Of a stretch of DNA of 64,000 nt, positions 29,839 through 40,386 are shown piece after piece. The DNA comes from Nitrospinales bacterium (GTDB taxonomy: Bacteria; Nitrospinota; Nitrospinia; Nitrospinales; VA-1), in NCBI GenBank assembly GCA_965262115.1, contig OZ253496.1:800001-864000 (forward strand), in the 5' to 3' direction. The notes below the pieces were generated by a model. It was not told where the DNA came from, searched no databases, and saw only the letters and a program-made list of their open reading frames with translations. The stretch's first letter is position 1, and each line of letters opens with the position of its first letter. The translations under genes and the position numbers were made by a program.

Positions 29839-31656
29839 CTACTTGCGGAGGAATTTTTTGAGAATGGTATCCATATCGAACAGGAGGGAGATGGGTCGTC
29901 CGTGCGGACAGGTGTAAGGCATGGAAGTCTGTTCCAGATCGGAGATCAGTTTCCTTATCTGGTCGAGGTTGAGAGTGTGGTTGACCTTGATGGCGTTGCG
30001 GCACGACATCATGATGAGCACATCCTCGTATTTTTCATTGAGGACATCGTCATGCGCTTCTCGTGGGAGCGCTTCGAGAGTTTCGCGCAAAAGTTTTTCG
30101 TGGTCGCCGTTTTTGAGTATTGCTGGAACGGATCGCAATAAAAACTCATTTTTGCCGAACGGTTCCAGTTCTAATCCCAAATCGAGCAATCGTGTTAGGT
30201 GGGGCGTTAAAACTTCCGTTTCTTCGGGAGAAAGTTCTATGGGAAGCGGAAACAAAAGTTTCTGGATTTCTACTTTGCGGTTTTTAGCGGCACCGCGAAA
30301 CCGTTCATAGAGAATCCGTTCATGGGCGACGTGCTGGTCGATGACCAGAATTCCTGCTTTGCCCTGCATGATGATGAAAGATCGGTCCAACTGTCCTAAT
30401 GGTTCGAACTCCGAATAGATCAGGTCGGCAACCGGGGTTGGAGCTTTATCGAACCAGGTAACTTGTTGTGATACGGAGTCGGCTTCAGGTTTCAGTATGC
30501 TCCGCAAAGCTTGTGACAAATCGCCCCGCACCGGAGGATGCGATTTATCGATCCACTGCGGTGGCTGGTAGTTGGCTCGCGACGGTTGTCTCGATTCGTC
30601 CAAGGGGATGTCGGTTTCGTCCCGCGCCGTTAAGTCGACTTGCTGGTTTTTTTCCAGAGCCGCGCGAACACCGTGCGCCACAAACTGGTGCACATCCTGC
30701 TGAAACGCAAAGCGCACTTCTGCCTTGGAGGGATGGACATTCACATCGAGCAGTTTGGGGTCCATCGTCAAATATAGGAACATCGCCGGGTGTTGCCCTT
30801 TCGGCAACAAATGACTATAGCCCTGCTGGGTGGCATGCAGAATAACTTTGTCCCGCACAAAACGGCCATTGATAAAACAATACTGGGCATTGCGGTTAGA
30901 GCGAGTATAAACGGGGCTCGAGACAAATCCTTTTAATTGGTAGTCACCGGAATGCGCTTCAACCTCGAGCAGGGATTTGCCAAGATCGGGCCCGAATAAT
31001 TCAGCGATCCTGTAATGCAGTTGATCGGTGGGCAGGGTGTTGATCACCTCACGTCCGTTATGGGTTAAATGGAACTGGATGTGGGGATAAGCCAGCGCCT
31101 GTTGCGTGACCACCTGGGTGATGTGGGAAAATTCTGTTGAGTCGCCTTTCAGGAATTTACTGCGTGCGGGGGTCACATAAAAAAGCTGGGCCACCTCAAT
31201 GGTCGTTCCCTGGGGGCAGGCCGCATCCTTTTCTTCCAGAATCTCTCCCCCTTCGACGACGATCAACCTGCCGCCTTCACTTTCGCTGCGGGCGCTGGTG
31301 CAACGCACTTTAGCCACGGACGCGATACTGGGTAGGGCTTCGCCGCGAAACCCTAATGACTGGATGCTCTCAATATCTTCGAACCGGGAGATTTTGCTGG
31401 TCGCATGGCGGGAAAAAGCCAGACTGCATTCTTCCGGCACCATACCCGTTCCATTATCCATGATGCGGATTTTCTTTTTCCCGCCGCCTTCAATATCGAG
31501 CCGGATCAGGGTCGCCCCGGCGTCAATGGAGTTTTCAACAAGCTCCTTGACCACGGAAGCAGGGCGTTCCACCACTTCCCCGGCGGCAATCTGGTTGGCC
31601 AGGTCGTCGGAAAGGACGCGGATTTGCGGGTGTGTTTTTTGAGAGGAAACAGGCAT
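29839..31656 (-). CDS. mutL: DNA mismatch repair protein MutL
   Basis: IAAGEVVERPASVVKELVENSIDA, GFRGEAL, DQHVAHER, CPHGRP. Confidence 0.97.
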   Translation of the reverse strand: MPVSSQKTHPQIRVLSDDLANQIAAGEVVERPASVVKELVENSIDAGATLIRLDIEGGGKKKIRIMDNGTGMVPEECSLAFSRHATSKISRFEDIESIQSLGFRGEALPSIASVAKVRCTSARSESEGGRLIVVEGGEILEEKDAACPQGTTIEVAQLFYVTPARSKFLKGDSTEFSHITQVVTQQALAYPHIQFHLTHNGREVINTLPTDQLHYRIAELFGPDLGKSLLEVEAHSGDYQLKGFVSSPVYTRSNRNAQYCFINGRFVRDKVILHATQQGYSHLLPKGQHPAMFLYLTMDPKLLDVNVHPSKAEVRFAFQQDVHQFVAHGVRAALEKNQQVDLTARDETDIPLDESRQPSRANYQPPQWIDKSHPPVRGDLSQALRSILKPEADSVSQQVTWFDKAPTPVADLIYSEFEPLGQLDRSFIIMQGKAGILVIDQHVAHERILYERFRGAAKNRKVEIQKLLFPLPIELSPEETEVLTPHLTRLLDLGLELEPFGKNEFLLRSVPAILKNGDHEKLLRETLEALPREAHDDVLNEKYEDVLIMMSCRNAIKVNHTLNLDQIRKLISDLEQTSMPYTCPHGRPISLLFDMDTILKKFLRK

Positions 31657-31824
31657 GAAAATCCTTCAGCCCCACCAGTGGGGTTTTACTCCCCATGACT
31701 TGGCTATGTCTTTTAAAATAACTCTTTATCAGGATACTCCATCCGCTTGCGGCGGGATTGTCACTCTGAAGCTCCGATCAATTTTTTAAAGCAATTCGGA
31801 AACGATTGCAAGTCAATTGGTGAT

Positions 31825-32382
31825 ATGATGGTACCGATGCAATACGGAGACGCCCCGTTGGACAATCATTTCTTCGAAAAAAACCTCCAATCGTTGAAAA
31901 CTCGAACTCTTCAGTCGGGAAACCTTCCTGATATCCTATCTGGAAAAATATCCGTGATATCAACCTCCTCCGGCCAGCCCACCCTGCGCTTTGAAAATAC
32001 CCTGCTCCACAGCAGCTATGACCCGGAGAAAGAGGCTCATCAGTTCGCCGAAAAACTAAAATCCGGAGCCCGTATCTGCCTGTATGGTTTTGGGCTGGGT
32101 TACCATCTGAAAACGATTCTTGATAAAATGGTGCCTCTCAGAAAATTGCATCAGGAAAAATCCCAAGAGAAAAAACAACTGTCGGTAAAAAGCACTCAGG
32201 GGAATCCCCTGCTCACCGACCAAGTCATGTATAGTTATTTACGGACACTGGAATACATCATCCAGGCCAATCCAGATACCCGTGTTTTTAACCTTTATTC
32301 ACACGGCGCTGAAATTGAACAGGCATCGATTTCAGGTTCGGCTAGCGGATTAAAGTGCCGGGCTTTTTTTCCAGCGACTTGA
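31825..32382 (+). pseudogene. Internally deleted Maf/DUF115-type protein
   Basis: N-terminal LHSSYDPEKEA..YGFGLGYH joined directly to a C-terminal-like segment (VFNLYSHGAEI); central domain absent. Confidence 0.6.
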
Positions 32383-32387
32383 GAGCT

Positions 32388-32999
32388 ATGTCACCTTTCA
32401 CAAAATACTTACCCCATCTTGGCGTGACCGCCGTCATCGTTTTTCTTGCAGCGGATTATTTTCTTCCAGCCGAGAAACCTGCCTCACTCAATCCAGAAAA
32501 AAGCATGGTAGAAGGGAGTCATAAGGAAGGCAGTCACAAGGAAGAAGGCAGTAATGGGAGCAATCTTTCACAGGAAGAGCGGGAGCGTCGAATGGCGATC
32601 TTCCACTATAACGAAGGGAACAAGTTTTATAAGGAAGGAAATTATGGTGAGGCCATCATTCGCTACGAAAAAGCTCTGCACCATAACAAGGGATTTAAGG
32701 AAACCCTCATTAACCTGAGCACCGCTTATATGAAAAACAAATTGTTCGATAAAGCGTTGGAAACACTTCAGACGGGTCAAAAGAAATTCCCGCAGGAACC
32801 TCTATTCGATTACAACTTTGCCTGCTATTATTCTTTGACAGAAAGCCTGGAACCAAGCCTCTCAGCTCTTAAACAAGCGGTAGGAAAAGGGTTCAAACAA
32901 TTTAAACAAATGGGAAGCGACTCCGATCTTAACAATTTGAGGCAATCGGATGAATATAAAGTCTGGAAAGAAAAGATACCCTCTGCGACCGCGACCTGA
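32388..32999 (+). CDS. Membrane-anchored TPR protein
   Basis: N-terminal TM, TPR repeats, YNFACYYS..D.DL.NLR C-terminal TPR cap. Confidence 0.88.
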   Translation: MSPFTKYLPHLGVTAVIVFLAADYFLPAEKPASLNPEKSMVEGSHKEGSHKEEGSNGSNLSQEERERRMAIFHYNEGNKFYKEGNYGEAIIRYEKALHHNKGFKETLINLSTAYMKNKLFDKALETLQTGQKKFPQEPLFDYNFACYYSLTESLEPSLSALKQAVGKGFKQFKQMGSDSDLNNLRQSDEYKVWKEKIPSATAT

Positions 33000-33001
33000 T
33001 T

Positions 33002-34162
33002 TTACGACTCCATCACACGAACCTGGCCGGAAGGGCCAATCCTGAGTCCCACCTTGCCACTCAACAAAGAAAACATGGGCGTGCCTATTAATTCTTTCCT
33101 CCACCCCTGAAACAGAAAGTGTTCTTCCATATCTTCCTTTTGTTCAAAGTGGGCTACAAAACTGTGAATCTGCTTTCGGTCTGCCAAAACACTCGGCTCA
33201 ATTTTCAATTCTTCAGACCGAATCTGCACATAAGCCGAAAGCAACTCCTCCACTCCCCTGGTCGTGGCGTGGCCATTGCTTTCTGGGAGAACCGTAAGCT
33301 CCTCTTCCTGAATTTTCATAGCCTTTTCAATCGCAGACAAAATGGCTGCCCCGCCTTTACTCAGTTCCTTTTGGTAAAAACCACGAATTCCGGATAACGC
33401 TTTTGAGTCCCTGGGAATTTTGCGGACTATTTCCAGTAATGTTTCATCCCGGATGATGGCCTTGGCCAGACAATCTCTCTTGACCGCTTCCCCTTCCCGC
33501 CAGGCAGCGATTTCTTGAAGCACCGTCAGGTTCCTGGGATTCAAGCTACGCAGGTTTTTAATTTTCATGAATCGTTGTCGTGGATCGGGCAAAGCAAATG
33601 TTTTGGGGTCTTCCCAATTCTGAACCTCACCTTTCACCCAATCCAGACGATTCATCTTTTTCAATCGCTCAATCAGTTTGTTGTACACCGGAACCAGATA
33701 GCGGACATCGTCAATGGCATATTCAATCTGGTTGTTACTTAAAGGGCGGCGACACCAGTCTGTATAGGTTTCTGTTTTATGAATCTTTTTTCCTATAGCT
33801 TTATAGACAATTTTTGCGAAGGAAATCTGAGTCCCCCATCCCACCAGGGCAGCGGCGATCTGGGTATCAAACACCGGAGGAATTACCTGACCGCAGAGGC
33901 GCACCAGAATTTCAAGGTCCTGTCTGGCAGCGTGAAAGATTTTTATTTTTGCGGGATCTTTTAACAACTCCAGCAACGGAGTCAAATCCGAAAGCAAAAC
34001 AGGGTCGATGGCGGCGAAGTGCTCTCCGCTACCCACCTGAATCAGTCCGATACGGTGAAAATAAGTTCTTTCCCGGACAAACTCAGTATCTACCGCTAGA
34101 ATTTCAGCAGACTGGAGGTTTTCACAGAATGCTTTTAACTGGTCCGCAGACGTGATGTACAT
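33002..34162 (-). CDS. rnd: Ribonuclease D
   Basis: AVDTEFVRERTY, FHAARQD, FDTQIAA, TDW.RRPL, YAIDDV, HRDC domain. Confidence 0.96.
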   Translation of the reverse strand: MYITSADQLKAFCENLQSAEILAVDTEFVRERTYFHRIGLIQVGSGEHFAAIDPVLLSDLTPLLELLKDPAKIKIFHAARQDLEILVRLCGQVIPPVFDTQIAAALVGWGTQISFAKIVYKAIGKKIHKTETYTDWCRRPLSNNQIEYAIDDVRYLVPVYNKLIERLKKMNRLDWVKGEVQNWEDPKTFALPDPRQRFMKIKNLRSLNPRNLTVLQEIAAWREGEAVKRDCLAKAIIRDETLLEIVRKIPRDSKALSGIRGFYQKELSKGGAAILSAIEKAMKIQEEELTVLPESNGHATTRGVEELLSAYVQIRSEELKIEPSVLADRKQIHSFVAHFEQKEDMEEHFLFQGWRKELIGTPMFSLLSGKVGLRIGPSGQVRVMES

Positions 34163-34192
34163 AAATTAACTCGAAAAACCGGTTTAAATCCT

Positions 34193-34384
34193 AATGAACG
34201 ATCCCGCCGCAAGCAGACAGGGTCTCCGACAAAGATTTTTATTAAAATGGCGTGGCACAAGGCTATGCCTTGAGAAATATATTCGAACTAGAGTTAAATA
34301 GGCAAAAACACCCGTTTTCTTTATGGGCATCGACTTATTGGCCCCACGCCGAGTGGGGGAATAAAACCCACTTGTGGGATTCAA
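34193..34384 (+). mobile_element. IS200/IS605-like mini element with an end of the ~97-bp element nested inside
   Basis: Same ends as 18216-18316; internal ttggccccacgccgagtgg. Confidence 0.6.
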
Positions 34385-34471
34385 TTCTCAAAATTAGAAT
34401 TATAGGGGAATTGACTCCAGAAGAATAGGATGAAAAAAATAACAGAATAAAGCCATTACTGCTCCGGGCAT

Positions 34472-34506
34472 AAAAAATGGCACAGAGCTTAGCTCCATGC
34501 CATTTT
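34472..34506. terminator. Probable bidirectional intrinsic terminator
   Basis: aaaaaatggca-cagagc-tta-gctcca-tgccatttt. Confidence 0.65.
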
Positions 34507-34538
34507 GATTCGATCAGAGTTCGTTAAAACATTTTGAA

Positions 34539-34733
34539 TCAACAACATTCCAACTGATACTCGTCCTTTATAATTTTTTTATTTTCCCAGTCCGACGAGG
34601 ACCGGGTCTCCTTATCACCAAAGTCGATCAAATTCTGTTCACCGTGCTTCCAAAATCGGTTGCTTAGCCTTTTGGGGGATAAAACTTTTTTCAGTTCTCC
34701 TTTGGCGTCGAAAATCCTGACTTCATAGAACAT
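34539..34733 (-). CDS. Small hypothetical protein
   Basis: RBS GGAGG; MFYEVRIFDAKG...; followed by a terminator. Confidence 0.75.
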   Translation of the reverse strand: MFYEVRIFDAKGELKKVLSPKRLSNRFWKHGEQNLIDFGDKETRSSSDWENKKIIKDEYQLECC

Positions 34734-35165
34734 AACGCGCCCTGCCTCCAAAAAAAAGTCCTCAATGCCTATTTTCTGGTGTCCCCTCCGCTTACAAAAT
34801 AAACCAAAAAATAAGATTTACCCTGCAACTAACATTCACCATAAATTCAACATCGATGTTTGTCAAGCAAATAAAGCTAATTTTTTAAATGCTCCGGATC
34901 AGTTCCTCCTAACGGGCATCAGATTTACCTCATAATTAATTTTGGCAATTAAAATATTCGGCCTTTAAAAAGCACGTCTTTTCTAATGTTTTTCAGGGAA
35001 ATTTAGCGGACATTTTAAAAGCCGCCATCGCAAAAAAGAATTTTCGCGACCACATCACGGCTATTACGCAGGAGGGACTTTTAACTTATTGGAAAAATTG
35101 AAAGTACTCTATTTACTAGGTTGGAAGGGGCAGTTGCCCACCCTATTCCCGGAAATGAAACAGTT

Positions 35166-35880
35166 TCAGCCTTTATTCTCATAATAATCCAGACCGGAGT
35201 GGTCGATCACTTTTTCTCCCATAATGATCCGCAAGGTATTGCGAAGTTTATCATCCTGATCGAACAGGGAGTTCACCGGCTTGAGATTGGGTCTGCATTG
35301 GGGCGATTTAAAATAAAACGAAAGCCATTCCTGCACGCCTCTCATTCCCGTCCGTTGCGCCAGGTCGAGAAATAACACCAGGCCCAGAGCTACAGGTGCC
35401 GCAAGAATAGAATCGCGGCAAAGAAAATTGATTTTCAATTGCATTTTTTGACCCAACCAACCCTGGATATCTATATTGTCCCAGCCCTCTTTCGCATCTC
35501 CTCTTGGGGGATAACATTCGATACGGATTTTATGGTAGTAGTCTCCATAGAGATCGGGGTAGAGGTCATCCTGAAGGATGCTTTCCAAAACCGCTCCCTT
35601 GGTCACTTCCTTGGATCGAAAGGAATCCGGGTTATCCAGCACTTCACCATCACGATTACCCAATATATTGCTGGAGAACCAACCCTCAAGGCCCAGCATC
35701 CGAGCCTTAAGACCCGGAGCCACAATGGTCTTCATCAGGGTTTGCCCGGTTTTGAAATCTTTGCCCCGATAGGAGTGTTGTTTTTGATAGACAGTTCCAC
35801 CAGCGCCGGAATATCCACGTTCAGGTTTGGAGAACCATTGGCAAAGGGGATTCCCATTTTCAGCAACGCATAAGCATAGA
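35166..35880 (-). pseudogene. ino1: Myo-inositol-1-phosphate synthase, 5'-truncated and frameshifted
   Basis: GKDFKTGQT, NILGNRDG, CRDSILAAP, LSFYFKSP; upstream YAYA..PFANGSPN in another frame; N-terminal part absent. Confidence 0.88.
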
Positions 35881-36194
35881 TCGCGGCGCAATTTTTTTCG
35901 CCAAGCCGCTATATTTGCCGCTGGTCTCAGTCATTAAGTCCTACTCCTCTCAAGTCAGATCATGACTCTAGCGGTTGTAAATGGGTTCAACTGGAAGGCC
36001 CGAAGGTACAAACCATGCGAGTGGCAAACTTGTTGGTTCTGTGCAAGAATAGCAGCCTGTATTGGATAGTTTTTTCCCAATCCAGGGGCCTGAACAAACT
36101 GACTTAAAAACCAACTCCCATAAACAAATAGCCCCTATCGGGTAAGGCTAGATTTTGTTTAATATTACAATACGTTTTACAGGCTAACAGCCGC

Positions 36195-37409
36195 ATGAAC
36201 CCCAACACCAACCCTCCAAATTCCGAAGCTTCACTGCAAAGTACATCTGGTATCCTTTACTTACCGCCTCCTCCGGAACCTTGGGAAGCCGCAGAGTGGT
36301 ATGCCTTATCCATTGCCGGCGTACCTTTCCTTTTAAGAAATATTCTGACTCTTCAGCGTTCCGGACTGCATGACATAACCATCCTTATGGATGCCGGGGA
36401 AACAGAAAAATTAACCCTCGCCATTGAGAAAGATTCTCGCATCACTGCAAAGATTCATTGGATGACAAAATCCAGCCAGTTAAAAGAAACGCTGCAAAAC
36501 CACCGGGTTCTTTTTTTTAACGGATCTACTCTTCACGACAAAAAAGAGGTTCGTACTCTTTTAGAAGCTGAAGAAACAAAAACTCCTGAAACTTTACCCA
36601 TCAGCAACGAGCAGCTCGAGTCATTGATAGAAAAAATCCAAACGAATGGCGAAAAAGAATCAGGAGAACCCTTGGAAAACACACGCTCCTTTATATATGT
36701 ACCCGGGATGGAAAAAACCCATGTGCGGGAACAAAAAGATTTTAATACTCTAAACGAACGATTACTTAAAGGTTCCGGCCAAAACCATGACAGCACCATA
36801 ACCCGACTTCTATCCCGTCCAGTTTCCAGAAAACTGACCCGCTTTTTTTTGAATACGCCGATTCACCCCAACCAGATCACGCTGTTTAGTTTTGCCATGG
36901 GCTTGGGCTCGGCTCTGTGTTTTGCGCAAGGAACATATCAGACAAACATATTTGGCGGCCTCTTGTTATTATTTTCAACCTGGGTGGATGGAGCAGACGG
37001 AGAAATCGCCAGATTGAAATTTATGGAAACGGCATTGGGAGGCACGCTAGACATTGTTTGCGACAACATTGTCCACTTCTTCGTATTCGGAGCTATCGGC
37101 TGGGGGTTGAGCGAGGCAACAGGCGACAAAACCTACATATATGCAGGGGGGTTGGCCGCATTCGCCAGCTTAACTTCCTTTATGCTTCTGGGCGCATCCC
37201 TTCTCAAGAAAAACTCCAACGCCGCCACTCCGTTGCCGGAATCGCAGCCCTCTCTGGCCGACAAACTCGCCAACCGGGACTTTATTCATTTTCTTATGTT
37301 GATGGCTTTGATCGATTTGGTGCAAGTGTTTATATTCATCGCCGATGTAGGCGCCACCGTTTTCACCACCTATCTGATTTACCTGCGCCTCTCTCAGCGA
37401 TCTCATTAA
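36195..37409 (+). CDS. CDP-alcohol phosphatidyltransferase with degenerate N-terminal NTP-transferase-like domain
   Basis: PNQIT and DGADGEIAR..G..LD..D signature. Confidence 0.88.
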   Translation: MNPNTNPPNSEASLQSTSGILYLPPPPEPWEAAEWYALSIAGVPFLLRNILTLQRSGLHDITILMDAGETEKLTLAIEKDSRITAKIHWMTKSSQLKETLQNHRVLFFNGSTLHDKKEVRTLLEAEETKTPETLPISNEQLESLIEKIQTNGEKESGEPLENTRSFIYVPGMEKTHVREQKDFNTLNERLLKGSGQNHDSTITRLLSRPVSRKLTRFFLNTPIHPNQITLFSFAMGLGSALCFAQGTYQTNIFGGLLLLFSTWVDGADGEIARLKFMETALGGTLDIVCDNIVHFFVFGAIGWGLSEATGDKTYIYAGGLAAFASLTSFMLLGASLLKKNSNAATPLPESQPSLADKLANRDFIHFLMLMALIDLVQVFIFIADVGATVFTTYLIYLRLSQRSH

Positions 37410-37433
37410 AAAATTAGGGTCATGACCCAAAAA

Positions 37434-38156
37434 TTATTTTGAGGAATTGGCAATCAAATAACTTTCGGCTTGTTTGTACCTTTCGGGGTCATCAATATCG
37501 ATCCAAAACATGCCATCGACCAGCATGGTGCGTGCCCGACCTTCCCGGGCCATGATACGAACCCCTCCGGACAGTGAGTCATCCCCAGAGTCCCGCAAAG
37601 ATTGCTCCAAGGCCGAAAACAAAGCAGGATTACAAAGAAAGATTCCCGTATCAAAACAGTTGTATTCCTCAATCCCCTTACCTATGTTCTGAATAAGGCC
37701 CTTCTCTTCCATCACCCGAGTCACATCATCCAGATCAACCATGGGGTTTTTCAGGTCTTGATCCACCGCTAAAACGATTTCATCATCAGCCAAGGGATAG
37801 TCGATCATTTTGCGAGCAATACCGGGATCAAAAAGATGGTCTCCCATTAACAGGAAAAAAGGCTCCTCTAAAAATTCCTTTGCTTTAAGTACCGACAAGC
37901 CGTTGGCCTTTTCCCAATCATCATTTTCAATCACCGTGACAGGCACATCAATTTTTCCAGCTAAATCTTCAAGAAAAGCGCGAACCTGATCCCCTCGATA
38001 CCCCACCACCGCATAAAACCCATCCACTCCCGCCTCTAAAGCAGAACGAATGACCCGTTCAACAAGAGGAACATCCAAAAGGGAAGCCAGCGGCTTACTA
38101 TCGGCCAAAGATTTTAAGCGACTCCCTTTTCCAGCAATAATGATTAAACATTTCAT
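37434..38156 (-). CDS. Sugar/inositol-1-phosphate nucleotidyltransferase (IPCT-like)
   Basis: AGKGSRL..KPL, NGLSVL, LMGDH, DTGIF, WIDID. Confidence 0.85.
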   Translation of the reverse strand: MKCLIIIAGKGSRLKSLADSKPLASLLDVPLVERVIRSALEAGVDGFYAVVGYRGDQVRAFLEDLAGKIDVPVTVIENDDWEKANGLSVLKAKEFLEEPFFLLMGDHLFDPGIARKMIDYPLADDEIVLAVDQDLKNPMVDLDDVTRVMEEKGLIQNIGKGIEEYNCFDTGIFLCNPALFSALEQSLRDSGDDSLSGGVRIMAREGRARTMLVDGMFWIDIDDPERYKQAESYLIANSSK

Positions 38157-38208
38157 AATACGAACGACCCATTTCAGCGAAAAAAATTTCTATCAAAACA
38201 AAAACATC

Positions 38209-39216
38209 CTAGTTAGAATCTTCCTGAGCGACTTTAACCAGATCAAAAGGCTTTTGTGAATATTCCAGGCCTATGGAAAATCCCCAAACCAACCAGACGA
38301 TTTCCCGAACCCTCCTGATGAGAGCCGCAGCAACGCCCAATGCAGGTTGGTCCGCTATCGCCTCCGTGGCGATCATAAAAACAGCTTCCATACTGCCCAA
38401 CCCAGAAGGAATAAAAAATGTGCCTGCCCGAACCAGTTCAATGAGTGTTTCCAGAATTATGGCCTCAACAATTGTAATAGGATGGCCTAAAAAATAAAAA
38501 ATGACGAATATTTCCAAGGCACCCAAATACCAGTTAAAAAGATTCAAAAATAGCGCGGAGATGAAGCGTCCCTTGTCACAGGTATAAAATTGCACCAGCC
38601 GCTCATCCATATCATGGATTTGGTGGAGGAATTTTTCCAGCCGTTGGCCAAACTTTCTCTGGCTAAGCCAAGTACCAGTCAATGATGTGATCTTATAACG
38701 CTGAACGATGTAGAACAAAAATATTCCAAGAGTGATTGCACCCAAGCTAAGAATCGCAAAGAGATGAAAGCTCTCAGGAAGGTCTGAACCCATGATTATA
38801 AGGAAAACACCCGTTGCCGCAAATATAACCAGGGAGATCATATGGGTGGATTCGGCAAGGATCATAGATGCCGTTCCTTCCCGGTAACGGATTCCATAAT
38901 GATGCTTGAGAATATAACCTTTAACAGGGACTCCTCCCCATGAACTGAAAGGCATCACTTTGGAAAAAGCCGAACCCACCATGCGAACCTTCCAAAGGTC
39001 ATACAGCCATCGTTTAGTGAATTGCGTGCTGGGCAAAGTAAACTGCCATGCAAAAGTGTCCACAATAAAGGCTATTTTATAAACGACCAACACAACTACA
39101 ATGCCCCAGCCTATTTCTTTTAACTGGGACCAAACCGAAGCAAGGTCTGTATGGTTCAATACAAAAACAAGCAGACCAATACCTATTAATAAATAAAGAA
39201 TTTTCAAAGATTTCAT
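38209..39216 (-). CDS. Lysylphosphatidylglycerol-synthase TM / flippase-like membrane protein
   Basis: Multi-TM, GGxPxK and PSGLGSME motifs. Confidence 0.82.
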   Translation of the reverse strand: MKSLKILYLLIGIGLLVFVLNHTDLASVWSQLKEIGWGIVVVLVVYKIAFIVDTFAWQFTLPSTQFTKRWLYDLWKVRMVGSAFSKVMPFSSWGGVPVKGYILKHHYGIRYREGTASMILAESTHMISLVIFAATGVFLIIMGSDLPESFHLFAILSLGAITLGIFLFYIVQRYKITSLTGTWLSQRKFGQRLEKFLHQIHDMDERLVQFYTCDKGRFISALFLNLFNWYLGALEIFVIFYFLGHPITIVEAIILETLIELVRAGTFFIPSGLGSMEAVFMIATEAIADQPALGVAAALIRRVREIVWLVWGFSIGLEYSQKPFDLVKVAQEDSN

Positions 39217-39221
39217 AGCTG

Positions 39222-39845
39222 TCACACATGCCAGCGACGCGCACTGCGGGTGAACTGCAGGCACCAATAGGCCTGGGCGCCAATCGCAGTCGGAGGGAGA
39301 ATGTACCAAAGCACGCCTCCCATACTCATAAACGATACGATGAAACAAAAATCGCTGCGGACAACACGTGTGTTGAGCACAAATCGATCCATCCTGGTGT
39401 CGTCATCCCTCGTCATCGCATCTTCGGGAGGACGTTGGCTGGCATGCAGTTTGGTTCTGTTCTGATAAAGCTCCAGGCCGTAATTAATGGTGCCGCCTAA
39501 CCCCGCAGCGATACCAGTCCACAACCACCATTTCTGCCCTGTCACTGAGGTTGCCCCCCACCCCAGGCAAACAAAGAAAAAACTATGGACAACCCAATCG
39601 ATGAAGGTGTCGAATCTCATTCCAAAAATACTGCGCATATCCTTGAAGCGGGCAATCTCGCCATCGCAGTTGTCAAGCACATAGCAACCAAACAACAAAA
39701 ATGCGCCAATAAGTGTCGAGGTATAGGTTAGACAGGCCACTCCAGCGGCCAGGCCAAACAGCAAAGACAAGGAGGTGATCTGGTTCGGCGTGATCGGTGT
39801 GCGTATCAATAGCCCGGTAAGCCGATAGGAAAAATGTCGGATCAA
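39222..39845 (-). CDS. CDP-alcohol phosphatidyltransferase (start uncertain)
   Basis: TPNQIT, DNCDGEIAR..G..FD..D. Confidence 0.88.
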   Translation of the reverse strand: MIRHFSYRLTGLLIRTPITPNQITSLSLLFGLAAGVACLTYTSTLIGAFLLFGCYVLDNCDGEIARFKDMRSIFGMRFDTFIDWVVHSFFFVCLGWGATSVTGQKWWLWTGIAAGLGGTINYGLELYQNRTKLHASQRPPEDAMTRDDDTRMDRFVLNTRVVRSDFCFIVSFMSMGGVLWYILPPTAIGAQAYWCLQFTRSARRWHV

Positions 39846-40386
39846 TGGCGACCATGCCTTGGGCGCCTTTAACCTTTGCTCAGGCGGGTTCTTAAAAGGT
39901 TCAGAAATGATATTTGCTATCCGGTTGGAATTATTTGATGTTTAAAAATTGCGAATCAGGAAAACTTTCAATCTTAAGAAACGAAGTTCCTCCCTTGTCA
40001 GAAAACCCTAAAACTCATAGTTTTTCAGCCTGATCAAACCTTACTTTCAAGGCCCTCGTTTTGCAATGAAAAATTGCAGCCGAATGTTTGACCTAACCGA
40101 TATTCCTCATAATCGCTCTTTTCATTTTAATCATTTTATTCTTAAATGGGAATATGAGTTAAGTTAGTTTTTTTCAAGAGCTTGAAGAAATCGTGCTGCT
40201 CGGTCTTTTGTCTTGTTTCCTTAAACCTATGAATTTTAAAGCAAAACCCCACCCTTTTTGAGACTTGAAAATGCCGGTTTTTCATTGACTTTCCCCAACC
40301 TATCCCCTATGTTTAAATTAAGTCTTCAGGAGTGATCCAATGTCCCTATCGTTGCAATTTCATCTTCATTTCCCGAACGTAAAACG

